From positions 32,001 through 96,000 of IMG/VR virus record IMGVR_UViG_3300042307_001176: a stretch of 64,000 nt of DNA; one strand, written 5' to 3'. A program made the position numbers and the translations under genes. The notes below the pieces were generated by a model. The model did not search any database. It saw nothing but the letters and a program-made list of their open reading frames with translations, and was not told the origin of the DNA. Shown one piece after another: positions 28,261 to 38,684 of this stretch (the stretch's first letter is position 1; each line of letters begins with the position of its first letter). The DNA is from a virus.

Positions 28261-29718
28261 TTATACCTCGATTCCGTCTTGTATTGTCCATGATTTTATA
28301 CCTGTCAAGTAACCCTTTCCTACAGCACCTGCTGCTGTATAGTCTGCTGATCCAAAACTTATAGTTATTCCTGATTGTACTGTTTTAGGAGAAGCAATCC
28401 ATCCATTATAAATAGCATCTAAGTTAGCATTAGAGAAAGTAGCATTTGTTTTAGTAACCATAAAGTCTACAAAGTTTGTGACATTACCTACATTCCAAGC
28501 TCCTATGTTTTGATTGAATGCAGTAGCTGTATGGAACATATGATTCATATCAGTAACAGCTTCTGTGTCCCATGTACCAATAGGTTGATTAAAGACATAA
28601 CAAGAAGCAAACATAAAACTCATATCAGTAACAGCTTCTGTGTTCCATGAACCAATAGGTTGATTAAAGACATGACAATTAATAAACATAGACTGCATAG
28701 TAGTTACTAATGCTGTACTTGTAAATGTTAATGGTTGATTAAATACTTCACACGAACCAAGCATGGTATCCATATTAGTAACTGCAGAGGTGTTGAATGT
28801 TAATGCACTATTTAGTGATGTGCATCCTAAAAACATGGCCTCCATATCAGTAACAGCTGCTGTATTAAATGATAATGGTTGATTAAATGCTGCGCAACCC
28901 CAAAACATAAAACTCATATCAGTAATTGCCGATGTATTCCAAGAATTAATATTATTGATAGTAGTGAGAGATAAGCACTCCCAAAACATACCCTCAAGAA
29001 TGACAACCCCCGTCAAGTCAAGCACATCAGATACTGACGATAAATCTAAGTTGGCACATTCGTAAAAATAAACCCCTTGATTATTTCCGAATCGTAACTG
29101 TCCCCATTGTACTACTGATTTAATTTTTAATTTACTATCAGCGACTACTCCAAAATTCCAGCCAGTGCAAGTTCCATTTATTACCACTGTATATGTTCCT
29201 GCTGTTGTATATTGATGTGTTCTGTTATCATAGCTATTAGCAGATGTATTACCATCTCCCCAATCTATAGTGCCTGAATAAGTGCCTCCAACTAAATACG
29301 GTAATGTAATACTTTCACTTGGAGTTGTAGTAGCCCACGTAGTAGTGAAAATTCCAGCACCATATGATGTCCAATATCCATTAACACTTAGCCAACCTAA
29401 ACACAATCCAACAGTTGTAAAGCTCTGATTAAAATAAGAATTAACTAATGCAATAAATGACACATCAGTTAGATCAGAAGTTCTAATAAAAGCAACTGAA
29501 GCAGTAACACCAGATACTGGTGTTGGTTGGGAATCATCAGGTACGGGTCTAGCTATAATATAGCCTAAATTCTCATCTGGACCCATCCACCATTCAAGTC
29601 CAGTTGATGCAAATCCAGCAGTTGGTGTACCAATTGCTAGACTTCCTAGTTGAATTGTTCCGGGTATTGGTACTATTGGTGATCCATTATTGTATGCAAA
29701 CGGTCTACTTGTTGACAT
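28261..29718 (-). CDS. PKD + BspA/DUF285 repeat protein with shared N-terminal module
   Basis: IDWGDG; repeated WNTSAITDMSFMF...FNQPI. Confidence 0.85.
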   Translation of the reverse strand: MSTSRPFAYNNGSPIVPIPGTIQLGSLAIGTPTAGFASTGLEWWMGPDENLGYIIARPVPDDSQPTPVSGVTASVAFIRTSDLTDVSFIALVNSYFNQSFTTVGLCLGWLSVNGYWTSYGAGIFTTTWATTTPSESITLPYLVGGTYSGTIDWGDGNTSANSYDNRTHQYTTAGTYTVVINGTCTGWNFGVVADSKLKIKSVVQWGQLRFGNNQGVYFYECANLDLSSVSDVLDLTGVVILEGMFWECLSLTTINNINSWNTSAITDMSFMFWGCAAFNQPLSFNTAAVTDMEAMFLGCTSLNSALTFNTSAVTNMDTMLGSCEVFNQPLTFTSTALVTTMQSMFINCHVFNQPIGSWNTEAVTDMSFMFASCYVFNQPIGTWDTEAVTDMNHMFHTATAFNQNIGAWNVGNVTNFVDFMVTKTNATFSNANLDAIYNGWIASPKTVQSGITISFGSADYTAAGAVGKGYLTGIKSWTIQDGIEV

Positions 29719-29798
29719 TTTATAATATTTTTTTTAATGAAACAATAAATCCTTTTCTATTTAATCTATTAATGTCATTTAGTTTCATAAAGTATATA

Positions 29799-30071
29799 TT
29801 ATGTTGATCTAGTAATTTTAACATTCAAAGGAGTGGAACCTTTTATAATTCGGTGCCATTCCCCTTTTTTTATTTCTATAGTTCCTTCCATTTTAATTGG
29901 GAGCTGATCGTCAAATTGGAACTTCCAATCGTTATCATTTAGTATCTCTACTACTCGATCCTCCATATCTATATGCCATTTAAGTTCCTCGTCTATTAGA
30001 TCAGGACTAAAAGATCTTAAAGATATCTTATCTGAAATCCAGGATTCTTCAAATGGTAAATAATTATTCAT
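29799..30071 (-). CDS. Small cupin-like phage protein
   Basis: LKWHID.EDR, W.FQFD..LP, WHRIIKG. Confidence 0.65.
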   Translation of the reverse strand: MNNYLPFEESWISDKISLRSFSPDLIDEELKWHIDMEDRVVEILNDNDWKFQFDDQLPIKMEGTIEIKKGEWHRIIKGSTPLNVKITRST

Positions 30072-30186
30072 ATTTTATATATTAGAAGAAACACAATGGA
30101 ATAATAATACGTGATTGTAATATTAGAATTTATCTGTATACCTAATAAATAAGACAGCAATTTAAAAGGATTAAAATAATATTTAG

Positions 30187-30741
30187 CTACCCTTTTTCGT
30201 GCCTTTTCTTTGCAGCTACTGCATCTAAATACTCTAATAAGGTCATTTCATTAGAATCGTCAATAACGACAAAATTAGTAACTCCTAAATCACAATTAGA
30301 ATCGGTAGTTTTATCAATAATAGATGCACCTAAGATGTATTCTATTTCTTGCTTCATGCTATTTCTAGTAGAAGTCTCGTTAAACTCAAATTCATATTTT
30401 TCTAATACACCAGTGACTCTTTCTCTAAGTAAATGAGCTTCCACTGAAGATGGCAGAAGATTGTTTATGACATTAGAGTTGTATAGGTATTTTGCTAATT
30501 CTTTATTTGGAATCATTCTCATCATTACTACCGGTGAAAATGTTTCTTCGTCTATCCACGTATCAAATTCAATATCTTCAATTTTGTCTTTGTGTTGTTC
30601 AAGATAATCTTCTATTACTTCTATACATCCTTCTGGATCGTGTTTTAAATCCTCTAATGTGAATACGAAGAATTTATTTATTGTTGCGGGTTTATTTAAA
30701 AGCGATTCTATCTTATTAAATATCAGTTTCTTTACTTCCAT
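30187..30741 (-). CDS. Hypothetical protein with a segment resembling tail-sheath C terminus
   Basis: YEFEFNETSTRNSMKQEIEYIL. Confidence 0.55.
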   Translation of the reverse strand: MEVKKLIFNKIESLLNKPATINKFFVFTLEDLKHDPEGCIEVIEDYLEQHKDKIEDIEFDTWIDEETFSPVVMMRMIPNKELAKYLYNSNVINNLLPSSVEAHLLRERVTGVLEKYEFEFNETSTRNSMKQEIEYILGASIIDKTTDSNCDLGVTNFVVIDDSNEMTLLEYLDAVAAKKRHEKG

Positions 30742-31525
30742 CTTTTATTTTATATTTTTCTTCTAGTGGTAAAAGTATTCTCCAGTTCTTTGGCAGGAAT
30801 TCATTTTTTTCTGGATCTATATGTACAAACTCTCTCCATTCTCCAAAAAGATCTTTGCCATTTTTTATTTTGTCAAATATATAATTCTCGTCTTTGTAAT
30901 AATCGGTATTATATTCTTGATGTGAAAAATCATTTAGCTTTGCTGATATCCTAGAAGGACCTCCAAAATAAGTAAAATGCCATCCGCCCTTTTCCCACCA
31001 TTGACAATCGAAAGTTAATCTACATCCTTCTATACTCCTAGATTTAAGATTTCCCCAGTTTATAACCTTAGGGTGATACCATTTATCCTTTTGCTTATTT
31101 GAAAGAGAACCGAAGTAGTTATCCATTTCTAATTTAAAAATGCCATTAAGATTGTATTCTTTTTTGATGTGTGATATTATTTCAGGATTAGGAATTTCAT
31201 CTAGGTCTGTGATAATAACTACTGAATTATCATTAAGACACATTGAATGAAGAAATGGTAATGAAGAATTTCTTTGATATTTTTCTCTGCTCCACGCATC
31301 AGTAAGATTATCAGGAATATAGACTTTTATGTGTGCTACTTTGTCCCACCACTTTTCAAATCTCCATTTGTTTTCTTCGAGTATAAAAGGCTTAAAATCT
31401 CCCTTAAATGTTTTGTTTGCCTCAACTATAATAAACTTGTCTACTACATCGTAAAGCTCCATAAACCTTAGCTCAAGAATCTCTAGTTCATTATAAAAAG
31501 TAAAACAATCTACTACAGTCTTCAT
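30716..31525 (-). CDS. GT17-family glycosyltransferase
   Basis: DCFTFYNELEILELR, VEANKTF.G, REKYQRN, DLDEIP, GGWHF. Confidence 0.85.
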   Translation of the reverse strand: MKTVVDCFTFYNELEILELRFMELYDVVDKFIIVEANKTFKGDFKPFILEENKWRFEKWWDKVAHIKVYIPDNLTDAWSREKYQRNSSLPFLHSMCLNDNSVVIITDLDEIPNPEIISHIKKEYNLNGIFKLEMDNYFGSLSNKQKDKWYHPKVINWGNLKSRSIEGCRLTFDCQWWEKGGWHFTYFGGPSRISAKLNDFSHQEYNTDYYKDENYIFDKIKNGKDLFGEWREFVHIDPEKNEFLPKNWRILLPLEEKYKIKDGSKETDI

Positions 31526-32410
31526 TTATATAGATATAATTTTTTCCCATAGAGGTTTCTTAGTAAAAGAAACCTCAAATTTTATAAAATTCTTTTCCGA
31601 ATTTTCTGTGTGTACAAAAGACAATCTTTCATGAAGTGATTTCGATTTAATCATTCTATTATCTTCTATCATAGCAGTTTCTATAACCTCTCTAGCTCCT
31701 TTATTTTCTATAATATAAACACCAGGCTCATTCTCTTGCGTTTTTCTTCCTATTATTATAGTGTTATCAGTGAATCTTTGGAATGGGTTAATAAATACTT
31801 CCATATTTTCTCCTATACTTCCTATAGATCTGATTTCATCTGATGTCTTGTTGTATACATTATTTTCTAAATAAACAAAAGATGGATGTGTCTGTATTAA
31901 TGAGCCAACTGACCCATTACATATAATAAAATTTGCAGGTCCTCTTCTGCTTCTAGCACCGATTAGATTTGATTTAGTTATAATACTTGAAATTAATAAT
32001 TTTGAACCATCTATTCCACCATTCATTAAATATGATTTATATCTAATTTTTGGGAATATTTTCTTAATTGTTTTTTTCCATGGATTCATAATTTCTTCTG
32101 CAGATTCTTCTCCTAAAATATTATAGATATCTAATAGCCTCTTCTGTCTTTGTATTAGTGATTCTGATTCTAATACGGATCTTACAATTTCATCCCCATC
32201 TACAGCATGAAATACTTTTAAATCTGCTATTGTGTCCTCGTTAATTTTACACCTTACTTGGTATGTCTCTAATTGAATATGCTTAGTTTTCGTGGTTAAT
32301 TTTAAATGAGGATAATCCGGATTATCTGGGTGTGAGGTAAAATCTAAATATGTAATAATATTATGACCAGATGTTGTTTCTGAATGTTTTGCTGTGTCTA
32401 AAAATTTCAT
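31526..32410 (-). CDS. Shortened T4 gp23/gp24-like capsid protein paralogue
   Basis: ADLKVFHAVDGDEIVRSVLESE; IGARSRRGPANFIICN; VFINPF...IIIGRK. Confidence 0.65.
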   Translation of the reverse strand: MKFLDTAKHSETTSGHNIITYLDFTSHPDNPDYPHLKLTTKTKHIQLETYQVRCKINEDTIADLKVFHAVDGDEIVRSVLESESLIQRQKRLLDIYNILGEESAEEIMNPWKKTIKKIFPKIRYKSYLMNGGIDGSKLLISSIITKSNLIGARSRRGPANFIICNGSVGSLIQTHPSFVYLENNVYNKTSDEIRSIGSIGENMEVFINPFQRFTDNTIIIGRKTQENEPGVYIIENKGAREVIETAMIEDNRMIKSKSLHERLSFVHTENSEKNFIKFEVSFTKKPLWEKIISI

Positions 32411-32564
32411 ATTATATTTATTATTTATATCTTACTCAGATTTATGCCCGATTGTTTCGTTTTTTTGTGAATGTTTATAATAAAACCACAAATTATTTTG
32501 TAATATTAAAAAATTATTATTGGTTAAAAATGATTTAATATATACATTATTAAAAAATAAAATT

Positions 32565-32771
32565 ATGAATCATAATTACAATGAATATTTAGAAAGTATT
32601 AAGAAAAAACTTGATGCTATGAATAAAGCAGCAGGAGTAGATCCGGAAGCTAGCAAAGAGTTCCAAAAGCATATGCAACAATCAGAAATGCCTTCAAATG
32701 ATATCTTTGATATGCTTGGAAATGGAGCTAAAATGTGGATGGAAAAAAATCAAAATCAAAATCCTATGTAA
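32565..32771 (+). CDS. Hypothetical protein
   Basis: ATG at 32565 in the frame of the listed ORF. Confidence 0.55.
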   Translation: MNHNYNEYLESIKKKLDAMNKAAGVDPEASKEFQKHMQQSEMPSNDIFDMLGNGAKMWMEKNQNQNPM

Positions 32772-32815
32772 CTAAATGGGTTTCTAACAATAAGATTAGG
32801 AACTTTAAAACATAA

Positions 32816-33694
32816 TTGATGAGGGAATTTAAGATTATCAATAGGATTACAAATACTACCGATAATATATCTAGATATTTTGCCGAAATAAGTAAGTACG
32901 AAATATTAACCCCAGAAAAAGAAGCAGAATTAGCAGTTAAATCAAAAAATGGAGATACTAAAGCTAAAGATCTTATATTAAAATCCAATTTAAGATTTGT
33001 CGTATCAGTTGCTAAAGCTTATTCTTCACCACAAAACCCTTTAGAGGACCTAATATCAGAAGGTAATAAAGGTCTAGTAGAAGCTATAGAAACATTTGAT
33101 CCTTCTACAGGTTTTAAATTTATTAGTTATGCTGTATGGCACATCCGAAAGAATATATTTCTGTATATGCAAAATAGTTCAAGATCAGTTAGAATACCGA
33201 CTAATGTAACACAGCAATTAAGGAAATATCAATCATTAGAGGAGAGCTTTATTTCTTATAACGGAAGAGAACCTTCAGTAGATGAGATGTTATTATTAAT
33301 AGAAGAAAACACAGATATCAAATTATCAGAATCAGCTATTGAGGCTATTAAAAATACACCGAGATCAATTCCTTTAGAAAGCAGTACAAATCCTAGCGAT
33401 GATGAATCGTTCAGTCCTATCAATTGGATAGAATCTGAAAATAGCACTGATAGTAATATAATAAGCGAGGATTTAAAAAAATCTATAGCAAGTATTCTTT
33501 CAGAGCTTAAACCAATGGAAAGGGAAATTACTATACTTAAATATGGACTAGGAGAAAATAAAGAACCACAAACATTTGGACAAATTGGTGAATCGTTTGA
33601 AAGAAGCCCAGAATGGGCTAGAGGCGTATCTAATATGGCTGAAAGAAGAATAAGGGCTATTATTAATCGAAGAAATTTAAAAGGAAGTATTTAG
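32816..33694 (+). CDS. Sigma-70 family (RpoD/RpoS-type) RNA polymerase sigma factor
   Basis: NLRFVVSVAK, DLISEGNKGL, FDP..GFKFISYAVW.IR, VRIP, region 4 HTH. Confidence 0.9.
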   Translation: MMREFKIINRITNTTDNISRYFAEISKYEILTPEKEAELAVKSKNGDTKAKDLILKSNLRFVVSVAKAYSSPQNPLEDLISEGNKGLVEAIETFDPSTGFKFISYAVWHIRKNIFLYMQNSSRSVRIPTNVTQQLRKYQSLEESFISYNGREPSVDEMLLLIEENTDIKLSESAIEAIKNTPRSIPLESSTNPSDDESFSPINWIESENSTDSNIISEDLKKSIASILSELKPMEREITILKYGLGENKEPQTFGQIGESFERSPEWARGVSNMAERRIRAIINRRNLKGSI

Positions 33695-34005
33695 ACAAGA
33701 TCTAATACTTCTATTTTAAATGGCATTTTAGTTCCATATCTATAAATACAAAACTTTTCAAATTCTTCATCAGTCATATTATCTGTACTGAATTCCATTT
33801 TACCCCATTCTAATTCTTCAGATCCTTCTTTAGTGTACTTATCAAATATTTCTTTTGATATGATAATCTCAGATTCTAGTGAATGATTTAATTGAGCTTT
33901 TATTTTATTTGCTCTTTCTTTAGAAGCTGTTATTGATTCTATCCATTCTTTCTTTCCTCCGGAATCTAGCGATGAACCTCTAATAAGATAAACTTTTTTA
34001 CTCAT
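33691..34005 (-). CDS. Hypothetical protein
   Basis: 104 aa ORF. Confidence 0.6.
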   Translation of the reverse strand: MSKKVYLIRGSSLDSGGKKEWIESITASKERANKIKAQLNHSLESEIIISKEIFDKYTKEGSEELEWGKMEFSTDNMTDEEFEKFCIYRYGTKMPFKIEVLDLV

Positions 34006-34242
34006 TTTTTTCTTCTTGATTTAATACGTGATTCCATTATTAAAATCTCTATCTCTTCTAATCTTAATCTTTCCGCCCAAGATAATTGTTTTCTTCCGTT
34101 TATAAAAAACCACCCGAATGTTTTATTAAACAGGAATATTATTTTTCTAATCCTAAATTTTATATAATATGATTTCATATTGTTACTGCTAAATTAAAAA
34201 TTAATATACTATAATAAATAAAAAGTTTTAAACAATCATTGG

Positions 34243-34842
34243 TTAATCCCACCAATGTCCCATTCCTGATCCATCGTACCAATTATCCCAAACCCCTTCC
34301 TTTCTCTGTTCAGGAGTCGTTTTATCTAATAGCATTATATAATGAGAGTGTTCTTGTCCGTGGAAAATAGTCCATAGCTCTTTCCATTCTTTATCCTCTA
34401 TTTCTTGAGAAAGATCCCTAATTATATTATTTGCTCCTTTTATTTCCTCTGGCTCATCGTCACAAAAAGTATAGTCATAGTTCATTTCACATCCTAGTTG
34501 AGACTCTGCAATTTCCATGTATTTGTCTTCTGTGATATTATTAAGAATTTCTATTGCTCTTTCTATCTTTGCAACTTTCTTTAATCTAGGCACATCAACT
34601 TCTCTACCTTTGATTATAGAATCTCTCAAAGGTTCTAAAGATTTTGAAAGGATCTTTAAATTATATGTGTGATCCCAAGGCCTAAAATTCCATATCACTT
34701 TCCAAAAGAAAATTATATTCTTTACTCCTTTAGGTATATCATATCTTAGGAAATACCAAGTTTTCCAATACCATCTTTCTCTTTTGGATATACGTTCTAA
34801 GCTTTCCCAAAAGCTATCTGCAAATTTTACTTTCATAATCAT
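34243..34842 (-). CDS. Hypothetical phage protein
   Basis: 199 aa Trp-rich ORF ending GHWWD. Confidence 0.7.
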   Translation of the reverse strand: MIMKVKFADSFWESLERISKRERWYWKTWYFLRYDIPKGVKNIIFFWKVIWNFRPWDHTYNLKILSKSLEPLRDSIIKGREVDVPRLKKVAKIERAIEILNNITEDKYMEIAESQLGCEMNYDYTFCDDEPEEIKGANNIIRDLSQEIEDKEWKELWTIFHGQEHSHYIMLLDKTTPEQRKEGVWDNWYDGSGMGHWWD

Positions 34843-34900
34843 TATACATATAAATCATTTAATGTTTTCAAAATAGGATATATATTAAATATTAATCAAC

Positions 34901-35761
34901 ATGAAGCATTTAAAATCTATAGAAGAATTCAAAGCAGTTAATGAACAGCTTTTTGGAAATTTTGGAAAAAGATTATCCGATGCAATATTCGGAGATCCTA
35001 ACGATACTACAAAAACGAGCGAATCACCAATATCTGGATCAATAACTAATATTCCAGTATCTGGAGATAAAGCTAAGAACGTTCAAGCTCTTATGGATGC
35101 AATGAAAAGACATGGAATAACTAACCCATATACTCAAAGAGCAATTCTTGGATGTGTAGGAAAAGAGTCAGGGTTTATTCCGCAAGACGAAACAAGTTAT
35201 AGAAACACTTCTAATGATAGAATACGTAAAATATTTGGCAAAAGAATTACTGTTAGTGATGCTGAGCTTGATACAATAAAAAAAGATGATGTTAGATTCT
35301 ATGATATGGTTTACGGAAAAGAAGCAGCAAAATCTTTCGGTTGGGATACGGGTAATACAGCACCTGGCGACGGTTACAAATATAGGGGTCGAGGATTTAA
35401 CGGTATAACTTTTAAAAGTATTTACCAAAAATATCAAGATATATTGAATAAAGACGGTAAATTAGGTAAATCTGTAGATATAGTGAATAATCCAGATCAA
35501 TTAAATGAAATTGATGTAGCAGCAGAAGCAGCAGTATTATTCTTTATTAATGGCGCAAAAAGTGATACAATGCAAAGAAAATATGGTACTAAAGATATCA
35601 ACACATTTGCTGATCAAAATACAGCTTTAAAAGGAATAGTTAATATTAATGCTGGATTAGGTAACGATGTTACTAGTACATATTTAGGAGGCTTACAAAA
35701 AGCTACAGATATAGCAAATCAATTTAATATTACTGCTACTGGAGCATCTAATATGGCTTAA
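34901..35761 (+). CDS. GH19-like/lysozyme-superfamily hydrolase with MKHLK tag
   Basis: KESGF, GDGYKYRGRGFNGITF, NPDQLN, INAG. Confidence 0.8.
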   Translation: MKHLKSIEEFKAVNEQLFGNFGKRLSDAIFGDPNDTTKTSESPISGSITNIPVSGDKAKNVQALMDAMKRHGITNPYTQRAILGCVGKESGFIPQDETSYRNTSNDRIRKIFGKRITVSDAELDTIKKDDVRFYDMVYGKEAAKSFGWDTGNTAPGDGYKYRGRGFNGITFKSIYQKYQDILNKDGKLGKSVDIVNNPDQLNEIDVAAEAAVLFFINGAKSDTMQRKYGTKDINTFADQNTALKGIVNINAGLGNDVTSTYLGGLQKATDIANQFNITATGASNMA

Positions 35762-35788
35762 TTTCTAACGATTTAGATAAATACGCTA

Positions 35789-36130
35789 TTATTTTTTAAA
35801 CTTATTTGGATACATGATTCTTAGAGGGTGTCCATGAGGAATATCTTTCACCCTAATTCCTGCTACTTTTTCCTCTGGACATGTGTCTTCTTGTCTAACC
35901 ATTCGGTTATTCATCCACGTTTCAATTTTAATAAAGTTGTTTCTACAAGCCCAAGTTTCTATTGATCTGTTCCATGAAGATCCCACGCCGAATGGAAACA
36001 TAACATTGGAATTGTTTACCACATCCATTATTTGACTTCCTTGGAGTTCGATTTTAATCTCTCCAAAGTTTCTGTGTTTAATAATCATTGTTCTTTGATT
36101 AAAATTCTCGTATAATTCTATATGTTCCAT
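35789..36130 (-). CDS. Hypothetical protein (MEHIELYENF tag)
   Basis: TAATG-coupled start at 36130. Confidence 0.65.
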   Translation of the reverse strand: MEHIELYENFNQRTMIIKHRNFGEIKIELQGSQIMDVVNNSNVMFPFGVGSSWNRSIETWACRNNFIKIETWMNNRMVRQEDTCPEEKVAGIRVKDIPHGHPLRIMYPNKFKK

Positions 36131-36702
36131 TACCACGGGTTACTTGATTTAATTCCTAAAAGCTTTCTGTATCTTGCCACGTTGCAAGACCAGTATTTAG
36201 CACTCCATTTAGGCCCTGGATTATCACATCTCATTCTTTTCTGAAATGATCTTGCTTTTTTAGGATCGCTGTTGTTAACTCTCATACCTGGTTGACCAAA
36301 TCCCACTTTAACAACATTGCCTTTTTCATTTTTGGTGTATACACCAAATTTCCTAGGTCCCGAAGGTGTTCTGAATGGCCGATTGAGATCTACTTTTCTA
36401 CCTCTATACTCTGCCTCGTGTAGCTCTTCTACATCTTCAAAAGGTATGTCAAGAAGAACCTCTCTTCCTTCATATATTCCCTTTTTGCCAGCGTCTGTTC
36501 CGACCAACCAAATTTCATCTTCGGTTAGACCAATTTTTCCTGAATAATATAAATCTCTTGATTCGTTGACTAGATCTAACCAACTTTCCGATTCTAATCT
36601 AAAAACGCTCTCTAATATACCTATACCTTCATTTAGATGGTATGATAAATTTTCAGATAATGTATAGTTTTTAAAGCCGTTAAAATCGCTTATATGCTTC
36701 AT
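36130..36702 (-). CDS. Conserved phage hypothetical protein (MKHISDF tag)
   Basis: KVDLNRPFRTP.GP.KF.VY, KVGFG, YWSC. Confidence 0.75.
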   Translation of the reverse strand: MKHISDFNGFKNYTLSENLSYHLNEGIGILESVFRLESESWLDLVNESRDLYYSGKIGLTEDEIWLVGTDAGKKGIYEGREVLLDIPFEDVEELHEAEYRGRKVDLNRPFRTPSGPRKFGVYTKNEKGNVVKVGFGQPGMRVNNSDPKKARSFQKRMRCDNPGPKWSAKYWSCNVARYRKLLGIKSSNPW

Positions 36703-36710
36703 TATATTTT

Positions 36711-37436
36711 TTATTTAATCAGATTATTTTGTGATATAATATCAGCAATCATTCTTGATATTTTAGTATCTGATGGATAATGTATCCCTGTTACCTCTCT
36801 GCTATTTGCAATTTTTTCACCTAATTTTTTTAAATCTTCTGAAATTTCTGGATGTTTCTTTGAATAATGATCAGCCATTACAAAACCAGTAAGTGCGTGA
36901 CCACTGGGATATGCTGCTGTCATAGCATCAGTACGCATAAGTGGATAAAGGGATAAATTATAAGCTTTAGCAAGTTGATATGGTCTTGGACGATTTATAA
37001 CATTCTTAAGAAAATTTAGTATCACGTCAGTTTGATTATCTACCATGAAATATTCTTCCATAGTTTCATTGTATCCTTTAGATTGTAAAAGATCTATAAA
37101 CAAGTTAGGAAGATTATTTTGATCGTCTGCATATCTAGCAAAAGTTAGATCATCTCCAGTTGCCTTGCTAGTTTTTTCTATTAAAATAGAGAGATCTTCT
37201 TTTGTCGTTTCACTACTGTTAAGTGGCGCTTCTTCTATGATTTTTTTAATAAGCCCCTCTTTTTGAAACCATTCTTTTATTGAATCATTATTATCCTCTA
37301 TGATTTCTTTAAATTCTATAGGTGAATTTCCATATACTATTTCATCTAAATTATCTGACATATCATTAATATAATATGACGTTTTTTCGGATAGTGAAAT
37401 GTTTTTAAATGCGTTAAAATCGCTTATATGCTTCAT
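36711..37436 (-). CDS. PAP2/acid phosphatase-haloperoxidase superfamily protein (MKHISDF tag)
   Basis: K...NRPRP, AYPSGHA, SR...GIHYPSD. Confidence 0.85.
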   Translation of the reverse strand: MKHISDFNAFKNISLSEKTSYYINDMSDNLDEIVYGNSPIEFKEIIEDNNDSIKEWFQKEGLIKKIIEEAPLNSSETTKEDLSILIEKTSKATGDDLTFARYADDQNNLPNLFIDLLQSKGYNETMEEYFMVDNQTDVILNFLKNVINRPRPYQLAKAYNLSLYPLMRTDAMTAAYPSGHALTGFVMADHYSKKHPEISEDLKKLGEKIANSREVTGIHYPSDTKISRMIADIISQNNLIK

Positions 37437-37467
37437 ACAAAGTATATATCTAAAATCTATTTTTAGA

Positions 37468-37908
37468 TTATTCCTCTTCGTCTAGATCTTCCTCCACGTC
37501 TAAATCTCCTCTAAGATACATTACATAAAGGTCGTTAGTGTTTTGAAGTGTGGTAGTATCTTTATTGTTAATTACCCAATATGAAATTCCTTCTTCGTTT
37601 TCCGAAAGAGATATTTTATGTGACAATATCCATTCTGCAAAATCAATAGCATGTTTTCTTTTCTTAATCGTCTCTTGTACTACTTGATGTGTTTTTTTAG
37701 CTTCAAGATTAAGCTTCACTTTATTCCATTTTTGGTCAGGAATACTATCTAAAAACTCTTCTAACCTAATATCTAGGTTTCTAATTTCACTCCGGAATTC
37801 TTTATCGTTTATAGTTTTTGAATCCTGCCAAGCTTCCTTAGCATCTTTCCAAATTATCCAGAGCCTAAAGAAATCATAGATTCTTCTCATTTTATTTTTT
37901 CTAACCAA
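37468..37908 (-). CDS. Hypothetical protein
   Basis: 146 aa ORF. Confidence 0.65.
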   Translation of the reverse strand: MVRKNKMRRIYDFFRLWIIWKDAKEAWQDSKTINDKEFRSEIRNLDIRLEEFLDSIPDQKWNKVKLNLEAKKTHQVVQETIKKRKHAIDFAEWILSHKISLSENEEGISYWVINNKDTTTLQNTNDLYVMYLRGDLDVEEDLDEEE

Positions 37909-38162
37909 TTAACAAAGTGCTGCTCAGGAGTTAGTTCGTCCCATTCATAGTCAGTAAAACCTTTCTTGCAGTATTCTCCAAAGTTGATCATATCAACAGC
38001 AGTAAATCCTGGTGTTCTTTTAAGCACATCCTCGACTCTTTCTGGTGTTGCATTTTCACCTTCTTTTTCGATTAATTTCCATTCCTGTTCAATAGCATCC
38101 GAGTCCATACTATTAAATTTCTCTGCTAACATTGCAGTTAGTTTCATTTCATTTAGATTCAT
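37887..38162 (-). CDS. Hypothetical protein
   Basis: 91 aa ORF. Confidence 0.65.
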   Translation of the reverse strand: MNLNEMKLTAMLAEKFNSMDSDAIEQEWKLIEKEGENATPERVEDVLKRTPGFTAVDMINFGEYCKKGFTDYEWDELTPEQHFVNWLEKIK

Positions 38163-38622
38163 ATTCTTTTATTTGTTTTATATAAGGTGCATAAACTGAT
38201 GTTCTTACTGATCCTGATCCTTCGTAAGAATCTATAGGTATCCAACGAGTAACTATTGTTTCATCTTCTTTGCTTTCACAAGGAAATGCTATAACTGTGG
38301 TGTCTTTGATATCTTCTCCCTGACAAAATAACTCTTTCCACGTTGACACATCTAAATAATTTCTTAATGCACTCCATGGCTCCATATCCGTTTTTAACCA
38401 CATATTATCATCTGTCCTTATAGCATCTTCGATTTGTTTTTGTACTTCTTCAACCAACGCTCTTTTTTGATCAGCTGATAATCTTTTTCCAAAGTTCATA
38501 AGTAATTCAGTGGGATATGTTGCAGAAGCTATCGAGTATCTTCCGCAGAAATATCTTAAAGAAGACCAAGTGAGTGTCCATTCCCAATCACTTAAAGGCT
38601 GAATTTTCTTTTCTTTTTTCAT
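38149..38622 (-). CDS. Hypothetical protein
   Basis: 157 aa ORF. Confidence 0.65.
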   Translation of the reverse strand: MKKEKKIQPLSDWEWTLTWSSLRYFCGRYSIASATYPTELLMNFGKRLSADQKRALVEEVQKQIEDAIRTDDNMWLKTDMEPWSALRNYLDVSTWKELFCQGEDIKDTTVIAFPCESKEDETIVTRWIPIDSYEGSGSVRTSVYAPYIKQIKEYESK

Positions 38623-38684
38623 GTCTGTTATATTTTAATTATGTGTTTAAGTTTCTTCGTATAAAAAGAAAAGATAAATATAAT

